This document shows positions 27,240 through 36,329 of a stretch of 64,000 nucleotides of DNA, one piece after another (position 1 is the first letter of the stretch; every line of letters starts with the position of its first letter). Source of the DNA: a virus. The notes beneath the pieces are model-generated. The model made no database searches, was not told the DNA's origin, and saw only the letters and a program-made list of their open reading frames with translations. A program made the translations under genes and the position numbers. The stretch is taken from the IMG/VR virus record IMGVR_UViG_3300036792_000284, positions 60,280 through 124,279 of that record. One strand, written 5' to 3'.

Positions 27240-27779
27240 TCACTTTGCCAAGTGCGGGTTCAGGACGCGCCTCATAGCCACCTTGCACCCCGTCAGCCAC
27301 TTGTCGCAGTCCTCCTCCGTCTGCACCCTGGGCAGCAGGCCGAGGCACTGCGACAGCTTCCCCGCCACGGCAGCGTCGTACTGCCGGGTCCGCCAGTCCG
27401 GGCAGTACGTCTCGCACCAGGTGCGCAGGGCTGTGGCCAGGTCGTCCCGGGCCGGCTCCGGGCGCCGCGAGGCATCCACCCACAGGCGCCCGTAGTCGTC
27501 GACCTCGTAGCCGATCCGCTTCAGCGCCGCACGGGCGGCGTCCTCCGGCTCCATCTGCCATTTCTCGGCCAGCAGGGTCACGGTGGTGAAGTAGCGCTGC
27601 TCGCCGAAGCACCACCCGTGGTCGGAGTACACGCGCAGCGCGTCCCGCTCTTCGCACGCCGGGCAGGTCGCCTTCATGCCGCGCTCGCGCGCCGCGTCGG
27701 GCAGCTTCACCCACTGCAGCGCCAGGGTGAACGCAACCTGCTCGTTGGCGGTGGCAACGGCCGACTTCGGGCGCTGCAT
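27240..27779 (-). CDS. Primase-type zinc-binding domain protein lacking TOPRIM
   Basis: CPACEERDALRVYSDHGWCF, LLAEKWQMEPEDAAR; coupled to dnaB. Confidence 0.6.
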   Translation of the reverse strand: MQRPKSAVATANEQVAFTLALQWVKLPDAARERGMKATCPACEERDALRVYSDHGWCFGEQRYFTTVTLLAEKWQMEPEDAARAALKRIGYEVDDYGRLWVDASRRPEPARDDLATALRTWCETYCPDWRTRQYDAAVAGKLSQCLGLLPRVQTEEDCDKWLTGCKVAMRRVLNPHLAK

Positions 27780-29239
27780 CAGAGGTCCAGGTCGGGATAG
27801 TCCTCCGCCGCCACGTCGTCCCGGTCGGAAAAGTGGCTGTTGGCGAAGTCGGCGGTCAGCGGGAACTTCGCGCCCCGGGGCCCGTCGCGGTACTTCAGCA
27901 CCTTCGCCGTCAGCGCGACGGCCCGGCCGTGGGATTCGTCTTCCCCGGCGGCCATGAGGCCCAGCACCATGCCCGGGGTCCGGCCGGCCTCGATCGTCTC
28001 CGACAGGTCTTCCAGCCGGTACTCGCCGCTGCTGCGCATCGAGCCGATGCCCTCTTTGTTGACCTGCCACGGCGAGATGACCGGCACGCCCCGGCCGTGC
28101 AGGAACGACTGAGCCCAGCGCTGCGTCCCCTTGAGGATGCCGCCCTGGCTCTCGTTCAGCCGGGAGTCCCGCGTCCGCCTCTCCGGGTCAAGCAGTTGCA
28201 GGTAGTCGATGATGACCAGGTCCGGAGCTACCTGGCGCGAGATCGCGGCGGCGCGCGCGGTCAGCACCGACAGCGTGCACGTCTCGGGCATCTGCACGAC
28301 GTGCAGCATCCCGTAGCCGCCGTTTTTCAGGTCGTCGACCACGGCGGCCAGCGCGCGCTCCCCCTCCTCGCCCAGGCGGCCCGACCGGATGAGGCGGGTG
28401 TCGAGGCCGCGCGGCAGGCCGAACTTCGGGTGCCGCGAGTGCCGGGCCACCAGCTTGATCCGCACCGCGTTGCGGTGCTGCTCGGTGGTGAAGATGACAA
28501 CGTTCTTGCCCTGGTTCACCGCGTTGTGCCAGGCACACTGCACGCACAGGCTCGACTTGCCGGCGGTCATGGCCGCGGCGACGAGCCCCAGCTCCCCGTT
28601 GCCGATGCCGCCGTCCAGGTGGTCGTCCAGCGTAGGGATGCCGAACTCGATGCCGGGCACCCGCCCGGACTTCCGCTGCTCTTTCACCGCCGCGTAGACG
28701 GCCAGGATGTCGTCGCCCTCGGCCCGGACGTCGCCCTCCGGGCTGTCCTGGGCGCCGCCGGCGCGCTCGGCGACGGCGAACGCGGCCACCACGTACGCAC
28801 GTGCCTCGGCGTGCCCGACAAGGGGTTCTCCGGTGTGCTCGTCGCGCACCTCCTCGCCCGGCCGCGGGTTCATGATCCGCATGGCGACCGCCATCGCGTC
28901 GCCGGTGGCACGCTCGGCCGCCAAGTCGCGCAGCTGGGCGACCGAGTGAAGGAACTCGTGCCGCTCGGGGGCCGCCGCGGCCAGCGCATCGTAGGCCTCG
29001 CCGAACATCTGCACGGTGCCCGGCTTCTTGCCGCGCAGCAGGTCCCCGAGCGCGGCCCGGGTCATGATGCCCTCGTTGGCGTCGGCGTAGCGGATCAGCA
29101 GGAGGAAGAGCCGCTGCTGCACCGTGTCGGTGAAGTGCTCCGGGCCCAGCCGGGACGCCGCGTAGTCCAGCGCCCGCGTGGACCCGCCGGCGGCCACGAC
29201 CGCCGACAGCACGGTCTTGCCGTGAGCTACCGCGTCCAT
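27779..29239 (-). CDS. dnaB: Replicative DNA helicase
   Basis: LGPEHF, GIEFGIPTLD, GELGLVAAAMTAGKS, FTTEQ, IIDYLQLL, PVISPWQVNK, KVLKYRDGP. Confidence 0.9.
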   Translation of the reverse strand: MDAVAHGKTVLSAVVAAGGSTRALDYAASRLGPEHFTDTVQQRLFLLLIRYADANEGIMTRAALGDLLRGKKPGTVQMFGEAYDALAAAAPERHEFLHSVAQLRDLAAERATGDAMAVAMRIMNPRPGEEVRDEHTGEPLVGHAEARAYVVAAFAVAERAGGAQDSPEGDVRAEGDDILAVYAAVKEQRKSGRVPGIEFGIPTLDDHLDGGIGNGELGLVAAAMTAGKSSLCVQCAWHNAVNQGKNVVIFTTEQHRNAVRIKLVARHSRHPKFGLPRGLDTRLIRSGRLGEEGERALAAVVDDLKNGGYGMLHVVQMPETCTLSVLTARAAAISRQVAPDLVIIDYLQLLDPERRTRDSRLNESQGGILKGTQRWAQSFLHGRGVPVISPWQVNKEGIGSMRSSGEYRLEDLSETIEAGRTPGMVLGLMAAGEDESHGRAVALTAKVLKYRDGPRGAKFPLTADFANSHFSDRDDVAAEDYPDLDL

Positions 29240-29908
29240 CTACGCCGCCTCCGCGCTCAGGTAGGCCGCCGCGTGCGCGGCCACGTAGGCGGTCATGTAA
29301 CCGGGCGCGGCCTCCATCAGCATCTCGCGCGGTACGTACCGGGCCACGTCCATCAGCTCACGGGCCCGCCCGATGGGGGCGACATGCCCGGCCAGCGACA
29401 TCACCGTGCCGGGCACCCAGTGCCCGGCCTTGCTGGCCCGCATGGTGTGGTCCCGGTGCCGCATCGGCGGGATGGCCAGCCCGTTGCCGGCCTCGAACCC
29501 GCGGTGGCGGTACAGCTCGTAGCCGAAAGTCCACGCGCACAGCCAGGTGGGGTCCAGCAGCGGCGAGCCCTCCACGTTCTCGATGACGTAGGGCACGCCC
29601 GCCTCGATGAGCCGGGGCCGCATCGGGGTGATGAGGTCCGGGTACTCCAGGTTGAGTCCCGGGCGGCAGCGGAGCATCTTGCTCCACCGCTGGCACGGGG
29701 CGCCGAGGTGCACGAAGTCGTACGCGCGCAGCTCCTCGATGCTCACCGTCAGCATGTCCCGGCACTGGAACTCGCCCGGGTAGTACTCGCCGACGTCCGG
29801 GTTGTTGTCGACGCCGGTCATCTTGAATCCGGCCTTGATGTAGCCGTCTGTGGAAATGCCTACCCCGGAGCCGAGGTCCAGGCCCCGCCAGCCCGCCCAG
29901 ACGGCCAT
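29240..29908 (-). CDS. DNA (cytosine-5) methyltransferase
   Basis: LDLGSG, GAPCQ catalytic PC, YVIENV, RHR.FE. Confidence 0.85.
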   Translation of the reverse strand: MAVWAGWRGLDLGSGVGISTDGYIKAGFKMTGVDNNPDVGEYYPGEFQCRDMLTVSIEELRAYDFVHLGAPCQRWSKMLRCRPGLNLEYPDLITPMRPRLIEAGVPYVIENVEGSPLLDPTWLCAWTFGYELYRHRGFEAGNGLAIPPMRHRDHTMRASKAGHWVPGTVMSLAGHVAPIGRARELMDVARYVPREMLMEAAPGYMTAYVAAHAAAYLSAEAA

Positions 29909-30450
29909 AACTCCGCCTGGCGGAAGGCCCTGACGTCCTGGCCAGGCTCGAACGCAACCTGGTTACCGGCGATTCCGGTTAGAAGGATCTTCATGCCTAC
30001 TGCTACGTCCGGGATGCCGGCCACCGTCTCGTACCTGATGACGGTCTCGGTGCTCGCGACGCGGAACGCCTGACCGCCGACGGCCACCATGTCGTCTTTC
30101 TCCACCATGTCGGCCCGGCAGTTAGTCCACTGCCGGCCGTGCCGGTCCAGGTCGAACCGCGGGCGCCGAAACGGCGGGGGGATGACCCGGCGGGTGGCGG
30201 GCATCTTCGGCAGGTGCTCGCCGTCGAACGTGGTGCGCCGGGCCGCCTCGGCCGGGCTAATGGCCACCAGGTCCTCGGCGTGCACCGGAGACGTGGCAGC
30301 GGCAGTCTGGGCGGCGACCTGCTCCAGGGCGGCGCCGCTCATGAACGCCTCCATGGGCGGCGCCGGGCGCTTGCCTGCGTAGAAGGCGTCTACGTCACGC
30401 CCGAGAGACTCGGGGATCTCCAGAATGTGGCCCGGCTTGTCGTCGCTCAC
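29860..30450 (-). CDS. Hypothetical protein
   Basis: GTG 30450; C-terminal beta-rich domain. Confidence 0.55.
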   Translation of the reverse strand: MSDDKPGHILEIPESLGRDVDAFYAGKRPAPPMEAFMSGAALEQVAAQTAAATSPVHAEDLVAISPAEAARRTTFDGEHLPKMPATRRVIPPPFRRPRFDLDRHGRQWTNCRADMVEKDDMVAVGGQAFRVASTETVIRYETVAGIPDVAVGMKILLTGIAGNQVAFEPGQDVRAFRQAELWPSGRAGGAWTSAPG

Positions 30451-30865
30451 TGCTCGCCCTCCCGTGGTCGGCTGCACGATCGGCGGCGAGGACGACGCGG
30501 CCCTTCCGGGTGCGGACGACCAGCCCGCACCCGGAGCACTTCCCCTTTTTCCAGATCCATGCGAACCGGCCGGCCGCAGACAGCACCTTATTGCCGTCGC
30601 AGTCCCAATGCGGGAAATACGGGCCAAAAGGACCTATCCGCCCGCAGTAACACACCCGGTACTCCGGGCTCAGCTCGTAACACCCGTGCAGCGTGATGCC
30701 GATGCTGGCGCCGTGCTCGGCCGGGCACTCGTGCCGCACCACCCGCCAGAACGGCAGCACGTACTCGTCAGGCGGGCTGGCCTCGTTCAGGAGATCGAGC
30801 GCCGCCTGCCGGGCCTCGCGGAACGCGCGCCCGGCCTGCTTCTCAGCCGACGTGAGCGCCGTCAA
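30395..30865 (-). CDS. Cys-rich hypothetical protein
   Basis: 156 aa, several CxC/CxxC motifs. Confidence 0.55.
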   Translation of the reverse strand: MTALTSAEKQAGRAFREARQAALDLLNEASPPDEYVLPFWRVVRHECPAEHGASIGITLHGCYELSPEYRVCYCGRIGPFGPYFPHWDCDGNKVLSAAGRFAWIWKKGKCSGCGLVVRTRKGRVVLAADRAADHGRASSERRQAGPHSGDPRVSRA

Positions 30866-31173
30866 AGGGGACGCTGCATCTCTGCCAGCAGCTCAGCGTC
30901 AACCGGCCCCTCCAGAACCTCGCCACCGTAGTGCCGGCTGCGCGCATTGGCCTCGGCGAACGTCATAGCGAACTGGTAGTACGCCTCGCGCGGCTGGTCC
31001 GCCATAACGTGCTCTACAGTCTCACGCGCGCTCTTGCGGGCATCATTCGCAGCCTTTTCGGCGAAGTACTCAACCACCTCGTCCGGGGTCCCGTCCCAGC
31101 ACACCCACGTGTCGGAGTAACTGCTGAAAACTGCCAGCTTGCCATCCGGCTGCTTAATCACCTGGTAGGCCAT
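30862..31173 (-). CDS. Hypothetical protein
   Basis: 103 aa, coupled. Confidence 0.6.
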   Translation of the reverse strand: MAYQVIKQPDGKLAVFSSYSDTWVCWDGTPDEVVEYFAEKAANDARKSARETVEHVMADQPREAYYQFAMTFAEANARSRHYGGEVLEGPVDAELLAEMQRPL

Positions 31174-31865
31174 AAGGCCACCACCTTCACCATCGCCTCG
31201 TGTATCTCCAAGACCGCCCCCTGGTGGAGCCGGGCGGCCTCGTCAGTTGATACGCCGGCGTAGCTGGCCAGCTCGGCCAAGGGCATCCCGTGGTAGAAGT
31301 GCAGCGCCAGCACGACCCGGGCCGCCTCCCCGAGACGTCGCACGACGCCGGACACCGCGGCCAGCACCTCCGACACCACCGCCTGGCCCTCCACGTCGTC
31401 CTCGCCGGCGACGTCGTGCGGCTCGGCGTCGATGCTCACCGGGCGGGCGGCCACCGCGGCCAGGGTGTCGCGCACCTCGGCGAGGCTCAGCCCGCTCGCC
31501 TTCGCCAGCTGGGCCTCGGTCAGCCCCCGGTCCTGCCCGGCCTCCCGCAGCGCCTTCACCTTGCCCCGGGCGCTGCGCGTCACCCAGTCCTGGGACCGCA
31601 GGTGGTCCAGGATCGAGCCGCGCATGCGCCGGGTGCAGTAGACGCGGAAGTACTCGAACCGCTCCGGGTCGTAGCCGTGCTCGGCGCAGAACACCGGCCA
31701 GCGGTGCGCGGCGGCGGCCAGCCCGGACAGCGCCAGCGCCTCCAGCTCGTCCATCTCCAGCGCGTGCGGGGCCCGCTGCCACACCCGGTAGGCCTCGGCG
31801 CGAGCGGACGGCACAATCTCCGTCGTCATCTCGGCAATCTTCGCCTTGAAAGCAGCGTCATCCAT
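31158..31865 (-). CDS. FliA/WhiG-family RNA polymerase sigma factor
   Basis: ALSGL.AA...YDPER..F.VY..RRMRGSILDHLRSQDWVTRS; region 4 RVVLALHFYHGMPLAELA. Confidence 0.85.
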   Translation of the reverse strand: MDDAAFKAKIAEMTTEIVPSARAEAYRVWQRAPHALEMDELEALALSGLAAAAHRWPVFCAEHGYDPERFEYFRVYCTRRMRGSILDHLRSQDWVTRSARGKVKALREAGQDRGLTEAQLAKASGLSLAEVRDTLAAVAARPVSIDAEPHDVAGEDDVEGQAVVSEVLAAVSGVVRRLGEAARVVLALHFYHGMPLAELASYAGVSTDEAARLHQGAVLEIHEAMVKVVALWPTR

Positions 31866-32019
31866 CCTGCTCGACCTCCTGGCGGGCCGGGCGGATAACC
31901 TCGTCCGCCATCACCAGGGGGATGCCGCAGTAGTTCGCGACCTGTTCGTCTGTCCAGTCACCGTGCACTCGCAGCACTTTTTTGGCAGCGAGGAACCACT
32001 CAACTCTTGAGGAGGCCAT
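31858..32019 (-). CDS. Small HTH-like protein
   Basis: WTDEQVANYCGIPLVMADEVI; GTGA overlap with sigma gene. Confidence 0.5.
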   Translation of the reverse strand: MASSRVEWFLAAKKVLRVHGDWTDEQVANYCGIPLVMADEVIRPARQEVEQDG

Positions 32020-32086
32020 GCCCGCGTGATCGTCACGCATCACCAGACTGCGCGAGGCCGCGGTGATGACGGCGCAATCAGGCCTA

Positions 32087-32119
32087 GGGCCCCGGGAAAG
32101 GAGGCATAACCCGGGGCCC
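32087..32119. terminator. Stem-loop
   Basis: Perfect 10-bp arms GGGCCCCGGG/CCCGGGGCCC. Confidence 0.6.
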
Positions 32120-32174
32120 GCCAGACCATGGCAAGAACCACGGTACCCGCGCAAACGGCGGGAAACTATCTCAG

Positions 32175-33887
32175 CTAGGACGGCTCGGCGTCGAGCTTGC
32201 CGGTGGCGACCAGGCGCATCAGCTGCCACGGGCTCAGCGAGGTGAACATGCCCTCCTCCTCGTCCCACACCACCTCGGCCATCGCCGCCTCGCGCCGCAG
32301 CATCGGCAGGAACGCCTCCTCCACCGTGTTGCGGGCCAGCAGGTGGTGGAAGTACACGCTCGGGTACGGGCTGCCCTGGCGGGCCACCCGGCCCGCCAGC
32401 TGCGTCATCCGGGCCGGGTTGGGGATGGTGTCGGCGGCGATGAGGTGCCGGGCCACCTGCAGGTTGAGGCTGGCCTCGATGGTGGTGGTGCCGACCAGCA
32501 CCCGGCAGGCCGGGTCCTCGCGGAACCGCTCCAGCCGGCGGCGGCGCTCCCGCTTGTCGGTCTCCCCCGACCACATCAGCACGTGGTCGATGCCCGCGTC
32601 CTGCAGCCGGGCCGACATGGCCGCTACGTTCTGCTTGAAGTAGATGAAGCAGACCGCCTTCTCCTCCGACAGGTCGCCGGTGATCCGGTCCATCGCCCAG
32701 TCCAGCTTCACCGAGTCGTCGGCGTCCGCGCCGGAGTCGAGGGCGGCGAGGCCGCTGCAAATCTGCCGGGCACGGGTGAACGCCGCGCCGGCCTCGGCCG
32801 TGGAGACCCGCGCGCCGGCGTCGCTCAGCCGCCGCAGGATGCCCCTGCTCAGCTCCGCGTAGCGGGCCCGCTGCTTCGGGCTCAGGTCCAGGAACACCGG
32901 GTCGTAGACGACCTGGGGCATCTCCACGTCGTCCACGTCGGCTGCGCCGCGGCGCAGCACCAGCGGCCAGATCGCCTCGCGGAACTCCCTGACCAGCCGG
33001 GGGTTGGCGACGATGCCGGCGTCCACCGCGACGCGCTTGCGCATCCGGGTGCGGCCCGTCTTGTCCTGCGGGTCCTTGACGACGATCCACTTCATCGCCT
33101 GGGCGACGTACCGCGACTTCACCCGCTCGATCGTGCCGAGCCGGTACCGGCCGCCGACCGGCTCCAGGAACGACCACAGCTCTTCCAGCCGCTTCTGCAG
33201 CGGGGTGGCGTGCAGCCCGTGCACCCGGGAGCACTTGGCGGCCAGCCGGTTGACGGCCCGGGCCGTCTCGGTGGTGTGGTTGCGCATCGGGTCGATGTCG
33301 TCGTAGATCAAGATGCCGACCGGGAAGCGGTCGAGCAGGTCCACGTCGCCCTCGCGCTGCATCTTCTTGCCGTGCGCGCCGCCCAGCGTGCGGTCGCCGA
33401 CGACCGCGATCTCCCAGTTGCCCATGTAGCCGCGGGTGCGCTGGTTCCTGTCGCCGTCGGCCACGTAGAACGAGATGCCGGGCAGCACGCGCTTCAGCTC
33501 GTTGCCCCACGGGTCCCAGGTGGCGGCCGACTTGCAGACGATGACCGCCCGGTTGTGCAGGCCCAGCTCCCCGGTCTCCTTGCACATCGCGAGCAGGAGC
33601 AGGGCCGTGGCCGTCTTGCCCAGCCCGACGGCGTCGGTCAGCAGGCCCGGCAGCCCCAGGTACATCCAGGCCGCCCCCACCCGCTGGTGCTTGCGCGGCT
33701 TGATGCCGCACCGGCGGCAGAAGATGAGCAGGTCGGGCGCGTGCTCCGCGCACGGCTCGCTGTTGAACCATTTCAGGTCCGGCCAGTCGTCGATGTCCGG
33801 CAGCCCCCTGATCCGGGCGGCGGCAGCGGCGCGGACGGCGCGGGACAGCCGGGCGGCGTCGGGCAGGTCAGTATCGAGCAGGGCCAC
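32175..33887 (-). CDS. SNF2-family helicase
   Basis: LLTDAVGLGKT, IYDDID, HATPLQKRLEELWS, VLRR, SVKL, SLNLQVA, QLAGRVARQG. Confidence 0.9.
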   Translation of the reverse strand: MALLDTDLPDAARLSRAVRAAAAARIRGLPDIDDWPDLKWFNSEPCAEHAPDLLIFCRRCGIKPRKHQRVGAAWMYLGLPGLLTDAVGLGKTATALLLLAMCKETGELGLHNRAVIVCKSAATWDPWGNELKRVLPGISFYVADGDRNQRTRGYMGNWEIAVVGDRTLGGAHGKKMQREGDVDLLDRFPVGILIYDDIDPMRNHTTETARAVNRLAAKCSRVHGLHATPLQKRLEELWSFLEPVGGRYRLGTIERVKSRYVAQAMKWIVVKDPQDKTGRTRMRKRVAVDAGIVANPRLVREFREAIWPLVLRRGAADVDDVEMPQVVYDPVFLDLSPKQRARYAELSRGILRRLSDAGARVSTAEAGAAFTRARQICSGLAALDSGADADDSVKLDWAMDRITGDLSEEKAVCFIYFKQNVAAMSARLQDAGIDHVLMWSGETDKRERRRRLERFREDPACRVLVGTTTIEASLNLQVARHLIAADTIPNPARMTQLAGRVARQGSPYPSVYFHHLLARNTVEEAFLPMLRREAAMAEVVWDEEEGMFTSLSPWQLMRLVATGKLDAEPS

Positions 33888-33894
33888 GCCTCTA

Positions 33895-34134
33895 CTACGC
33901 CCGGCGGCGCCACCAGCGCCGCGCGACCAGGAGCCTGGTCTGGTCGTCGGTCAGGTCCCGGATGGCGCCGGTCTGCCGCCGGGTGAGGCCCACGATCTGG
34001 GTGGTCTGCTCGGCAGTCTGCCGGTCCACGTGCCGCTTCACGTGGCGGACGCCCAGCCAGACCGACACCGCGATGCCCGGCCAGGACACGATGATGCCCG
34101 AGAGGGTCAGCTCCCAGAAGGTAAAACCGTCCAC
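33895..34134 (-). CDS. Single-TM membrane protein (holin-like possible)
   Basis: N-terminal hydrophobic helix, basic C-terminus. Confidence 0.55.
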   Translation of the reverse strand: MDGFTFWELTLSGIIVSWPGIAVSVWLGVRHVKRHVDRQTAEQTTQIVGLTRRQTGAIRDLTDDQTRLLVARRWWRRRA

Positions 34135-34138
34135 GTAG

Positions 34139-34495
34139 CTAGCTCACCCGCGGAGGCGCAGCGGCGTGCTCGTGCCCCGTCGCATGCTTGTAGAGGTCGG
34201 CCATAATCTGGTGGGCGGCCTCGACGGCCCTCCTGCGCTTGCGGTCCTGCCGGACCAGGTGCAGCGTCCCGCCCGCGGCGATGCACGCCCCGATGTCACT
34301 GGTCACGTTCGTGTAGTTGCCGCCGATAAGCTCGGCCGACTGCGGCACGTGCACCCCGGCCAGCGGCAGGACGATGAGGTAGGCGCCCAGGGCCAGCAGC
34401 CACAGCACGTGCACGCGGCTGGACAGCGCGCGCGGGATGTAGGACAGGGCCTTGTCGAGCCGGCTTTCCGGCTCGGCCAGTTCAGGGGCGCTCAC
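34139..34495 (-). CDS. Two-TM membrane protein
   Basis: VHVLWLLALGAYLIVLPLAGV and IGACIAAGGTL. Confidence 0.6.
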   Translation of the reverse strand: MSAPELAEPESRLDKALSYIPRALSSRVHVLWLLALGAYLIVLPLAGVHVPQSAELIGGNYTNVTSDIGACIAAGGTLHLVRQDRKRRRAVEAAHQIMADLYKHATGHEHAAAPPRVS

Positions 34496-34511
34496 GGCGG
34501 GGCAATCGTCA

Positions 34512-34826
34512 CTAGCACCCGGGCCCGGCCATGTACTCGCGGTGCAGCCGCCCGATAAGTTCGCGGTGCGGCCTCCTCCCGCACAGGTCCGGGTGGTGGT
34601 GCCGGCAGAGCCGGAACGTGCCCCCCGCGGCCGGGAAGCGGCCGATCCGCAGGCACTTCCACGAGTCGTGGCAGGTGTGCCGGAGGTACCAGGTCACCGT
34701 GAACACGGTGAGCCCGACGAAGAACGACCCGGACACCCCCGACCAGAAGTCGTAGGGCACCCAGACGCCGTACGGGGCTCCGTAGTCGCACCCGAAAAAG
34801 TGGACGAGCCAGTGGACGAGGGCCAC
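34512..34826 (-). CDS. Membrane protein with His/Cys-rich tail
   Basis: FWSGVSGSFFVGLTVFTVTWY; HTCH, CRHHH. Confidence 0.55.
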   Translation of the reverse strand: MALVHWLVHFFGCDYGAPYGVWVPYDFWSGVSGSFFVGLTVFTVTWYLRHTCHDSWKCLRIGRFPAAGGTFRLCRHHHPDLCGRRPHRELIGRLHREYMAGPGC

Positions 34827-34839
34827 GGCGTGGCAATCG

Positions 34840-35268
34840 TCACCCGGTGACGATGCCGGCGGCCACGCACAGGCCCGCTGCCGCCGCGGTGATGCCGTAC
34901 GACAGTGCCCACGCCCGCCAGCCGCTGTCCGCCCTTATCACAGCGACGACAGCGCACAGAGCGGCTGCGGCGAGGCCACTCGCAAGAAGAGCCGTGCGTC
35001 CCGCTGCAACAGCGAACGGAAGCGCAACAAGGACGGACCCGACAGTGGTGGCGAGTCCGCAAACTGCAGCCCCGCCGAGACCGTCACCGGGATCGGACTG
35101 GTAGCGGCCGGACGCCATGCCGGGGAACGCCGCCAGGCCGCCGGACAGCCCGGCCAGCCACACGGCCAGGTGGGGCTGGTGCGCGATGTAAAGGGCGAGA
35201 GACAGCCCGATGCCGGTCGTCGTCCCGTCGGCCAGCCCCATGATCGCAGCGGCACGGGGGACCTTCAC
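34840..35268 (-). CDS. VIT1/CCC1-like membrane protein, minimal form
   Basis: IMGLADGTTT, AGLSGGLAAFPGMASGRY, five hydrophobic segments. Confidence 0.65.
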   Translation of the reverse strand: MKVPRAAAIMGLADGTTTGIGLSLALYIAHQPHLAVWLAGLSGGLAAFPGMASGRYQSDPGDGLGGAAVCGLATTVGSVLVALPFAVAAGRTALLASGLAAAALCAVVAVIRADSGWRAWALSYGITAAAAGLCVAAGIVTG

Positions 35269-35546
35269 TCGCCGGCGACGCCGAACACGCCCCGGATGCT
35301 GGCCAGCAGCTTGCTCAGCTCGGCCTCCAGCGCGGCGACCGCCTCGGGCCCGTACTTCGCCACGAGGGCGAGGATGTCGGCCTTGGAGGTGCCGAGAACG
35401 CTGAGGACCTTGTCTTCGGCGGCCTTGGCCTCGGCGAGCAGCGTCCTGGCCTCGGTCAGCGCCGCTCCGTCGATCTTCGCGACCTCGGCTTCCACGTCGT
35501 GGAGAACCTTCTCGACAGCGCCTTCAAGGTTAGTGAACAGGGACAT
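35265..35546 (-). CDS. Amphipathic helical protein
   Basis: 93 aa; GGAGG SD. Confidence 0.65.
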   Translation of the reverse strand: MSLFTNLEGAVEKVLHDVEAEVAKIDGAALTEARTLLAEAKAAEDKVLSVLGTSKADILALVAKYGPEAVAALEAELSKLLASIRGVFGVAGE

Positions 35547-35581
35547 GGGGGCCTCCTTTGCTCCGGCGGGAGAATCGGCCC

Positions 35582-36325
35582 TCAGGCCGCCTGGCCGCCA
35601 GCCGCCAGCACGTCGGCGTCCCAGACCTGCACGCCCGCCCGGTAACTGCCCGCGGCGGTCAGCTCGGCGACCGCCCCGTTCTCGGTGAACGCCTGCCCGG
35701 CGTCCACGTGGTTGGCCGGGCGGGCGTACCGGCCGGGTGCTGCAGGGGCGAAAACCTCCCGGCAGGCGGGCGAGGCAAACCGGCAGGCGCCCGTCCCGCA
35801 GGCCGTCTCGGCGTCACACGTGAACTTGCCCGCCGCGGCCCCGCAGGCGGCCACAGCGCGGGTCACGGCGGCCCGGACGGAGGACCGGACCCCCGCGGCG
35901 TACGCGCGCTCACGCAGGCTCACCGCCTCGCGGGCGATGGCCACCGCGTACCGCTCGTCGTCGCGGAACGCCGCCAGGGCCGCAGCGACCTCCGCCGCGC
36001 GGGCACCGGCCAGCGCCTGCATAACGCTTTCAATGAAAGCGTTCTTGGTGACGTGCCGGCCGGCGGCCCCGGCCCGGCCGGTCTTCGGCGCCCGGCGCGC
36101 GGCGGTGATGTACGGTGATGCGGCGGCGAAGTAATCGCACCCGGCCAGCCGGTGCCCGGCGGCGCGCAGCACCGGCGCGATGGCCGACGTGCGGCTGGCG
36201 GCGAGGATGTCCACCGCCCGCAGGCCCTCGGCGTAGGTCACGCGGGTCCCGCCGACGGCAATTTCCCGCGCTGACAACGATGGCCAGGGGTTCCTGAGGT
36301 TGGAATACTGCAGTTCGTCAGGCAC
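35582..36325 (-). CDS. Hypothetical Ala-rich protein with Cys cluster
   Basis: 247 aa ORF. Confidence 0.55.
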   Translation of the reverse strand: MPDELQYSNLRNPWPSLSAREIAVGGTRVTYAEGLRAVDILAASRTSAIAPVLRAAGHRLAGCDYFAAASPYITAARRAPKTGRAGAAGRHVTKNAFIESVMQALAGARAAEVAAALAAFRDDERYAVAIAREAVSLRERAYAAGVRSSVRAAVTRAVAACGAAAGKFTCDAETACGTGACRFASPACREVFAPAAPGRYARPANHVDAGQAFTENGAVAELTAAGSYRAGVQVWDADVLAAGGQAA

Positions 36326-36329
36326 ACTG

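Noticed and set aside
2255-34560. GCCGATAA-like WhiG/FliA -10 boxes
   Set aside because: The few copies seen lie antisense inside coding regions without a TAAA -35
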